Under the pieces are notes generated by a model. That model saw only the letters and a list, made by a program, of their open reading frames with translations, had not been told where the DNA came from and ran no database searches. From an uncultured delta proteobacterium (lineage in GTDB: Bacteria > Desulfobacterota > Syntrophia > Syntrophales > UBA2185), in contig CAVSPA010000004.1 in the NCBI GenBank assembly GCA_963729715.1, forward strand, positions 448,001 to 512,000: 64,000 nt of DNA, given 5' to 3'. Of this stretch, positions 1 to 6,586 are shown in pieces. The position numbers and the translations under genes are program-made. How positions within the stretch are numbered: position 1 is the first letter of the stretch; the number at the start of each line of letters is the position of its first letter.

Positions 1-1
1 T

Positions 2-331
2 TGCCTGATCGTTCTTGGCCGTATCCTCATGTATGCCGGCATTTTTCTCCTCGGGAGCGTGAGTTTCCGCGCCCGACTGTTCCTCAGTCTCTTGCGGTTC
101 TATATCAGGAGCGTGAATTTCCGTGCGCGGCTGTTCCTCAGTCTCTTGCGGTCCTATATCAGGAGCGTGAATTTCCGTGCGCGGCTGTTCCTCAGTCTCT
201 TGCGGTCCTATATCAGGAGCGTGAATTTCCGTGCGCGGCTGTTCCTCAGTCTCTTGCGGTCCTATAGCTGTTGCCCATCCTGTGTAAGAAAATGAACAAA
301 GTATCATGATTAGATAAAGAAATTTCTTCAA
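2..331 (-). CDS. 5' part of a secreted protein with acidic 18-aa tandem repeats (runs off the window)
   Basis: Manual translation from TTG at 331, with AGAGGTG upstream: MKKFLYLIMILCSFSYTGWATA (signal-peptide-like), then (IGPQETEEQPRTEIHAPD)x3, then IEPQETEEQSGAETHAPE...; the frame stays open to the window edge. Confidence 0.75.
   Translation of the reverse strand, partial: MKKFLYLIMILCSFSYTGWATAIGPQETEEQPRTEIHAPDIGPQETEEQPRTEIHAPDIGPQETEEQPRTEIHAPDIEPQETEEQSGAETHAPEEKNAGIHEDTAKNDQA
47..266. repeat. 54-bp tandem repeat: 3 identical units (101, 155, 209) plus 1 degenerate unit (47)
   Basis: Unit tatatcaggagcgtgaatttccgtgcgcggctgttcctcagtctcttgcggtcc, with no spacers. Confidence 0.97.
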
Positions 332-665
332 TTGCGGCACCTCTTATGCGGATAATTTTTTATCCTAGCCTACGTATACAGTGCAAGTGACGTAAATTCA
401 ATAAGTAACTGTCTCGCCTTCATCTCTACCCTCCTGTCATCAAGAGTGCATGGAGGAGTTCAATAAACGGCTGTGCATGGATATTCTCAAAAAGCATATC
501 TCTGTGTAATTGAGCAGTTCAATCCGAAATGCGCAATTATGATAACTACCCACCACCAAACAGGTGGCACCAATAACCGGCGCATGTCATTTTTTGATTG
601 ATCAATCTCGTGCATTACCGAACGAAAGCTGCTAGACAATCGCACTAGCCACAAATCACCCTTTC

Positions 666-864
666 AGTAAACTACCACCGACCTTGTCGGTGGCCTTTAA
701 AATGCCGCAAGCCTACGGACAATGTCCTTCGCCTTGCCTGATAAGGATTGGAACGATTACTCTAAAACATTCCTCACCAACATTGTTGGTTCACTGAAGG
801 TGTGGGGCCTCCGCCCCCACGCCCCACCACTGACATTGTCAGTGGTTTTGACAGATAAATAAAT
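666..864. mobile_element. 199-bp palindromic dispersed repeat, copy 1 (IS200/IS605-like non-autonomous element or structured RNA)
   Basis: Near-identical to 61345-61543 (13 mismatches by eye). Subterminal hairpins ccaccgac-ctt-gtcggtgg and ccactgac-att-gtcagtgg. Confidence 0.75.
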
Positions 865-955
865 GTTCGCTAACTACAACTCAGCATGATGAGGTTATTG
901 ATAATTGTAACCTGGCAAAATTTAATCTGATGCTGTCTGTTAGCTTGAATCCTGG

Positions 956-1051
956 CTTTTAGCCAGTGTGAAAGTCTTTAACTAAACCGTTCTATCCTCC
1001 CCGTGTTTGTTCTGTTCTAGGGAAAGGGTCTTCCCCTGAGTAGTAGTCCAA
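956..1051. repeat. ~95-bp direct repeat, copy A, upstream of the TA module
   Basis: Aligns with 1966-2060 at roughly 80% identity. Confidence 0.9.
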
Positions 1052-1105
1052 GGAAAGAAAGGTAGTGTGCCTCAAAAAATTAAAGAAAGCGCTGAAAAAG
1101 TCTTG

Positions 1106-1143
1106 TTGACATAGGCGCATGGCGAGCGTATAATATGCGCATA
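1106..1143 (+). promoter_or_regulatory. Consensus sigma70 promoter of the TA operon with candidate operator
   Basis: TTGACA(1106)-17 nt-TATAAT(1129); palindrome TATGCGCATA at 1134-1143; GCGCAT at 1115. Confidence 0.8.
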
Positions 1144-1165
1144 CAAGAAGAGAGGGGGTAATGTT

Positions 1166-1417
1166 ATGCCGAAAAGTAAAATCAATATTACCATGGATCA
1201 TGATCTCGTCGAATACATCAAGAGCTACGCTGAAGAGCAGAGGACCAGCGTTTCCGACGTATTCACGCAATTTATCCTAAATCTAAAGCGCACAAAGATC
1301 CAGGATCCAACTGATATAATACTTGCAGATCCTGATTTCAGGGATAGCCTCATGGAAACGATTTCACAGATCAGATCCGGTAAAGTCAAGTGGCATAAAT
1401 ATAAAGAGGTCTTCTGA
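1166..1417 (+). CDS. Type II antitoxin with N-terminal ribbon-helix-helix (RHH) domain
   Basis: 83 aa; KINITMD beta-strand followed by helices; stop overlaps the toxin start (TGATG). Confidence 0.75.
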   Translation: MPKSKINITMDHDLVEYIKSYAEEQRTSVSDVFTQFILNLKRTKIQDPTDIILADPDFRDSLMETISQIRSGKVKWHKYKEVF

Positions 1418-1728
1418 TGCAGACTTTTTTTAGTGATGAATTTGTTGACTCCCTTGAGAAGTACGCGTCAATAAAGAAGGACATCAAGAAAAAGGTTGAC
1501 ATGATCATCGCGAATCCAATTGCTATGGGCGAGCCCTTGAAAGGCACCTTCAGGGGATTCTATAGCTGTCCTGTGAAAAAAAGATTTCTTATAATTTACC
1601 TTTACTGCAATATATGCAGAAAAAAGCGGGACGATGAGATAGTTCTATGCGGGAACTGCCGAGATACCTCTGATGACACAATCAAGTTCATCGCTCTTGG
1701 TCCCCATGACGAAGCTTATGGGAGATGA
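1417..1728 (+). CDS. RelE/YafQ-superfamily mRNA-interferase toxin with Cys4 insertion
   Basis: FSDEF...GEPLKG.FRGFYS...LIIY...IALGPHDEAY pattern; translationally coupled to the antitoxin. Confidence 0.8.
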   Translation: MQTFFSDEFVDSLEKYASIKKDIKKKVDMIIANPIAMGEPLKGTFRGFYSCPVKKRFLIIYLYCNICRKKRDDEIVLCGNCRDTSDDTIKFIALGPHDEAYGR

Positions 1729-1965
1729 AGATACAAAAATTTCCACTACTGATCGATTTTCAAAGATTAATTTTCCTGAGGCATCTTCGTTGCTCTAAGC
1801 GATAAACAACGCCGACGTCCGGGAGACACAACTTTCAAATGTGCACACACCATCTTCTAAACTTTTTCTTGAATATTGGATGAAACGTGCACGGTTTTGA
1901 GTGCTTATTTTCTGTGTCTGAAGAATCGCGTTTTCTTTCTTGCTATACCTAATATAACACCCCAT

Positions 1966-2060
1966 CTTTTAGCCAGTATGAAACTCTTCAGCTAAGCCGC
2001 TTTTCCCCCGTCTGTTTGTTCTGTTCCAGGGGAAGAGTCTTCCCCTGTGTAGTCGTCCAA
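1966..2060. repeat. ~95-bp direct repeat, copy B, upstream of the RHH gene
   Basis: Aligns with 956-1051; contains inverted repeat CAGGGGAAGA-G-TCTTCCCCTG. Confidence 0.9.
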
Positions 2061-2115
2061 AAGGGGAATATTGTGTGCTGTATCTATTCTTGACAACAGA
2101 ACGTCTGTATAGTAA

Positions 2116-2418
2116 ATGAATATCAAATACCATGATACTGAAGGTTTAATGATGAGAAGATTAAAACAATATGGGGTACAACTGGAAGACAGTGTCATAG
2201 CGCGTATCGACAAACTGGCAAAGAAACTGAACCAGCCAAGAAGCCTGGTGATGAGAAATTTAATAATGGGCGGTCTGAAAGACATGGAAATTCTGCAAAA
2301 AAACGGGATTATTGACGCAGTCGTCTTTTCCGACCATGTTATGAGCAAGGTTAAAGGCTCGTTATTAAAGGGAATACTTGTGCTGGATGAAAAAGGTGAG
2401 TTAAAAATAGAAAAGTAA
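2116..2418 (+). CDS. CopG/RHH-family DNA-binding protein (start may be 2149)
   Basis: YGVQLEDSVIARIDKLAKKLNQPRSLVMRNLI fits the RHH pattern. Confidence 0.7.
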   Translation: MNIKYHDTEGLMMRRLKQYGVQLEDSVIARIDKLAKKLNQPRSLVMRNLIMGGLKDMEILQKNGIIDAVVFSDHVMSKVKGSLLKGILVLDEKGELKIEK

Positions 2419-2437
2419 AATAATAATGCATTGTTTC

Positions 2438-2466
2438 TTGACAAGGCATGGGTATTATCATACATT
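2438..2466 (+). promoter_or_regulatory. Sigma70-like promoter
   Basis: TTGACA-17 nt-TACATT. Confidence 0.5.
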
Positions 2467-2550
2467 GAATGTCAATTATATCATTTAACTCCACGTTTAT
2501 TATTTAACTACTCCCCGGCATAGCGGAACAACATGTTCGCCTGACTAAGA

Positions 2551-2687
2551 AGTAAAGAACCCCGTGCTTCCGCACGGGGTATTAAAACTCAAAATCTAAC
2601 TGCTTGGGAGCTTTTCTTCATGCTTATGATACTCAATTCCTAAAGAACGGAAACCCTTTCCTCCCCGTGCTTCCGCACGGGGTATCC
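2551..2687. mobile_element. Small element bounded by two identical 23-bp hairpins (IS200/IS605-like MITE)
   Basis: CCCCGTGCTTCCGCACGGGGTAT at 2560-2582 and 2663-2685; left flank GTAAAGAACCCC, right flank TTCCTCCCC...GGGGTATCC. Confidence 0.6.
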
Positions 2688-3446
2688 AGGGTTTGATTTT
2701 CATGAAGTTTTGCAGTTTATGATTTAACTACCAGGCGATAACGCTGCATGCCCGTAACCAGCAGTCAGATGCTTTCCCTAAAGATATGACTGCCGTGACA
2801 TCCGGCGATAATTGATTTATTGCCTCAAGGAAGTGCATCCGAAATTTTGCATTCATGAGAATTTTGGATGCTTGCAGTTGCGGGGAAGTGAAGGTTCTTT
2901 AATTCCTTCATCCCGTTCGATGAATGTGCTCGACCAAGCGGTTTCGATCTCCACACGATCGCATGCTCCGGGAGCACTGCACATGAAAAAATAATCTATT
3001 CACGAAACATTGTCGCTGAAAGGACCCTTCCAGGGGAAAGCATTCTTGTTCCCTCTGAGGGGCAATTATCTTTCTCCTGGCCAATTGAACATTAACGAAG
3101 AAAGGAGAAGGAAAAATGGTTACATATTCTGCTTGGACGAAAATCAGCGGAAAAGAAGAGAAGGTTTCAAGTCAGTTGAAGAAGCCTTCAAGGGCATGAA
3201 AAAACGGAATTGCATGATCATCATGCAATGGACATCTGAAGGTCTCACCAGAGTCATTCAATTTTAACATCTCAGAAACCTGAACAAACAAAAAAGTAAA
3301 GCGGCACATCGTGAGGATACAGAGTCATCCTCACAGCGACGCGGGATAGTGTGGAATCCCGGTGAGCACCTTTTATCATTTAACTTCTATATCATTTAAC
3401 TTGGCCGTGGCTGAACCAGGGTCACGAAGCGGCGAAATCCGTTTCT

Positions 3447-4166
3447 TTGCTAACGCACGAAGAGCGGTACAAAGAGACGTATTTAAGGGTTGCTATTCAC
3501 GTTGAGAAGACGACGGGGTTGTGGTCTCAGGACGGCATATTGAAACGGCTACCCGAGTTCCCGTCGTTGCAGAATGAGACGGAGAGCGAAGTTGAGTATC
3601 TTACTTATGATGAGCAACTGCGGGTGTTAGAGTCAATTCCAACGCGAGACAGGGCTATATTTGCATTTGCCATGGAGTTCGGTCTTAGGATTGGCGAGGT
3701 CAGGGCGTTAAAGAAAGATGCGATAAAAGAGGGTCATTTGATAGTGAGGAGATCTTTCTCTGAATGGGAGCTGCGGGAGACTACAAAGACTAAGTGTATC
3801 AGAAGACTGCCGCTTACAACAAGGGCCAGAGAAATCTTGAAGAATGCGCCTCTATCATTCAGTGAATATGTGTTCACATTCGATGGGCGACGGCCTTATT
3901 ATGAACGATAAATGCGAGAGATTTGGAAAGATGCCTGTGCAAAAGTAGGCATTACCATTCATCAAAAGAATGCTATTAGACATTCTCTTGGTTGCCAGTT
4001 GCTCGATGATGGTGTTGACTTGGAAATGGTCAGAGATATTTACGGGCATACATCAACGGACATGACACGCAAATATGTAAAGAGGACTCTGAAAAGGATG
4101 CTGGAGGCTCTGGAATCAAGGGGCAAGATTATCTCATTTACCGAACATTTACCGAATGAAAATTAA
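3447..4166 (+). pseudogene. Phage-type tyrosine integrase, N-terminally truncated and split by an in-frame TAA (3909-3911)
   Basis: ORFs 3447-3911 and 3912-4166 share one frame. Motifs GLRIGEV, TTKT, NAIRHS, YGHTS, TRKY. Lies next to the tRNA 3' end. Confidence 0.85.
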
Positions 4167-4197
4167 GAGTAAAAGCGTTGATTTTCTTATGTATTTA

Positions 4198-4274
4198 TGG
4201 TCGGGGCGGGAGGATTTGAACCTCCGACATCCTGCTCCCAAAGCAGGCGCGCTACCGGGCTGCGCTACGCCCCG
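4198..4274 (-). tRNA. tRNA-Pro(TGG)
   Basis: CGGGGCG TAGCGCAGCCCGGTAGCGC G CCTGC TT TGG GA GCAGG ATGTC GGAGG TTCAAAT CCTCC CGCCCCG ACCA; 77 nt with encoded CCA. Confidence 0.98.
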
Positions 4275-4891
4275 TCTTTCGATAATTTCTTGCCCGCGAA
4301 AATCCTCCGCGTCCAAGCCTCCTTGAATTTACGAACTGCCCGGGCTCGATGGCTGATAGAATTTTTAATCTCCGCCGGAATCTGTGCTACTGTCATTCTG
4401 AAATCAGGCAGAAAAAAAACCGGGTCATAGCCAAAACCTCGGTCGCCTTCGGGCCTGTCATGTATTATTCCTTCAAGACGCCCCTCAAAGGACATATATT
4501 TGCCGTCCGGAAAGTACAGAACCAGCATACATCTGAAAGCGGCGCCTCTCTTTTCTCCGGGGACGCCTTCCAGGCTTTGCAGGAGCTTCTTTATATTGCT
4601 GCTGTCTGTTGCTCCTTCTCCGGAATACCGAGATGAATAAACACCCGGCTCTCCGTTAAGATATTCTACCTCCAGCCCGGAATCGTCGGCAAGGACAATT
4701 TCGCCCGTATGTTCGGAGACGGTCTTTGCTTTCTTCAGAGCATTTGCAAAAAATGACTCGCCATCTTCCTCGACATCGGGAGCGTCTTTATAGTCATTAA
4801 GGGAAACGATGTCTATGTCCGTATCTGCGAGCATAGCGCTGATTTCTCTTATTTTACCCTGGTTCTTAGTCGCCAGGACAATTCGCCTCAG
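4265..4891 (-). CDS. rdgB: dITP/XTP pyrophosphatase (Ham1 family); start probably non-canonical, at 4891 or 4897
   Basis: ADDSGL, GFGYDP and ISHR motifs; [10 protein letters not shown] lies in frame upstream of the ORF-track ATG at 4834. Confidence 0.93.
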   Translation of the reverse strand: MRRIVLATKNQGKIREISAMLADTDIDIVSLNDYKDAPDVEEDGESFFANALKKAKTVSEHTGEIVLADDSGLEVEYLNGEPGVYSSRYSGEGATDSSNIKKLLQSLEGVPGEKRGAAFRCMLVLYFPDGKYMSFEGRLEGIIHDRPEGDRGFGYDPVFFLPDFRMTVAQIPAEIKNSISHRARAVRKFKEAWTRRIFAGKKLSKDGA

Positions 4892-5610
4892 GTTAATTTA
4901 CCCAACACCTCCACCTGCTTTTTTGTGATCTGCACGATGCCTCGCACCGCAATATCAGTCATCTTATTGAGCAGATCACGGCCAAAAGGCACCTCTTCCG
5001 CTGTGCCCTGAATCTCTATAAAGAGCCCCTTCCCCGTCATGACGAAATTCATATCGACCTCCGCCCGGGAATCTTCCTCATAATCCAGATCGAGATATAT
5101 GCAACTATCCACGACACCAATACTGACGGCTGCGACATAATCTTCCACAGCAACCCTGTCCGCAATTCCTCCTTGCTGCATTTTTCTGAAAAGATCGACT
5201 AATGCGACGAAACCGCCCGTGATGGAAGCGCTCCTTGTACCCCCATCCGCCTGGATCACATCGCAATCTATGTAAATTGTTCTCTCACCGAATGCGTCCA
5301 GGGCGGTTACTGACCGGAGGGATCGGCCTATCAGTCGCTGGATTTCATGGGTCCTCCCTCCTACCCTGCCCCTCGTCGATTCCCTGGGGGTACGACTATG
5401 CGTAGACGTAGGGAGCATGGAGTATTCCGCAGTCAGCCATCCTCTGCCAGAATTTTTCAGGAACGCTGGGACGCCATCCTCGATACTGGCCGTGCAGATG
5501 ACCTTCGTATTTCCCATCTCAATAAGAACGGAGCCTTCCGGATGCTTCAGGAAGTCTCTTGTAATCTTCAATTCTCTGATCTCATTCAGCCCGCGTCCAT
5601 TAGCCCTCAT
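4888..5610 (-). CDS. rph: Ribonuclease PH
   Basis: [34 protein letters not shown]; likely start MRANGR at 5610. Confidence 0.97.
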   Translation of the reverse strand: MRANGRGLNEIRELKITRDFLKHPEGSVLIEMGNTKVICTASIEDGVPAFLKNSGRGWLTAEYSMLPTSTHSRTPRESTRGRVGGRTHEIQRLIGRSLRSVTALDAFGERTIYIDCDVIQADGGTRSASITGGFVALVDLFRKMQQGGIADRVAVEDYVAAVSIGVVDSCIYLDLDYEEDSRAEVDMNFVMTGKGLFIEIQGTAEEVPFGRDLLNKMTDIAVRGIVQITKKQVEVLGKLT

Positions 5611-5661
5611 GGTCGGCCTTGCTCCCGCATCTCTATTCTCCAATCCGCGCATCCCTAATTT

Positions 5662-6351
5662 CTAAAAGAAGTCTCTTATGCTTTGGCAGAGCGCATGCGC
5701 TATCGCCGCCTGCGTATTTGCGTCGGCGATTTTTTTTCTGTCTTCAGGATTTGTGGCAAACCCTATTTCCACAATAACAGCAGGTATCGATAATCCTTCC
5801 AGGGCAAGTATGTGCGAGTCCCGGAGTCCTCTGCTTTTTCTCGGAAAGACCTTGTCCATGTTCTTCTGTATCAATTGAGCCAACTTCACGGAATCGTTCA
5901 AATATTTGTTTCTCGCCATGTCCTTCAGGATCCCTTTCGAACCGCTCTGCTCCGGAGACGCTCCCTTGAATCCCGGAAAATATATTTCAAACCCGGTCGA
6001 GTTCTTACTGAAACCGGCATTAACATCGATACTGATAAAGACCTCCGATTGCGTCTTCTTTATGATCTGCCTTCTTTCAGATAATGATACGTCTCTGTCC
6101 GAGGTTCTTGTCAGTTGCGCCAAAACGTTCCCGGATTTGTCCAATTCCTTTTTCATTAATGACGAGATAGCCAGTGTTATATCCTTTTCATACTCCTTAT
6201 CGGATATTTTTACGCCGAGGTCCGCTCCACCATGCGACGGGTCTATTGTTACCGAATGCGTGCCCCGGGCCGGTTGGGCCATTGCGTTTGTCAGTGGAAA
6301 AATAATAAAGACCAAAAATATGAGGAATATTCTCATGGATCGGTTGTTCAT
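5662..6351 (-). CDS. N-acetylmuramoyl-L-alanine amidase (Amidase_3), secreted
   Basis: Signal peptide; IDPSHGG, EKDITL, LTR, PAVIVEIGF. Confidence 0.9.
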   Translation of the reverse strand: MNNRSMRIFLIFLVFIIFPLTNAMAQPARGTHSVTIDPSHGGADLGVKISDKEYEKDITLAISSLMKKELDKSGNVLAQLTRTSDRDVSLSERRQIIKKTQSEVFISIDVNAGFSKNSTGFEIYFPGFKGASPEQSGSKGILKDMARNKYLNDSVKLAQLIQKNMDKVFPRKSRGLRDSHILALEGLSIPAVIVEIGFATNPEDRKKIADANTQAAIAHALCQSIRDFF

Positions 6352-6586
6352 GTTAGTTCCCCTACAGTCTCAAGCACGTGTTCTCGAGCCTCCCTGTGTC
6401 CTCGCATCTCCTGCCGCCCGATTTTGACTTAGCCGATAACCAAGCCGACATCCCTCACCGCTGCCTCAGTCCTTCTTGCTCTGCTCTTATTTCTCACGCA
6501 GGCCGTCAAGTCTGCGTTTCATACAGCTATCTGTATTTTCTGTCAACGTATAAACTTGAAGCGCCGTCTCCAGGCGGGCCATCATT

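Noticed and set aside
47..266. Possible CRISPR array
   Set aside because: Units are contiguous with no unique spacers, 54 bp is a multiple of 3 inside an ORF, and no cas genes are present.
1..295. + strand ORFs 1..267 and 29..295
   Set aside because: Shadows of the minus-strand secreted repeat protein, which has an RBS and signal peptide.
869..945. attC-like site (CGCTAAC...GTTAGCT with CAGCAT/ATGCTG)
   Set aside because: L-box spacing does not fit canonical attC, no second comparable site was found, and the nearby integrase shows no IntI-specific insertion.
4197..4430. [15 protein letters not shown]...
   Set aside because: Typical antisense translation of a tRNA.
6352..6586. tmRNA, RNase P RNA, 6S RNA or rpmB between rel and the amidase
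   Set aside because: No recognisable conserved motifs or ORF.
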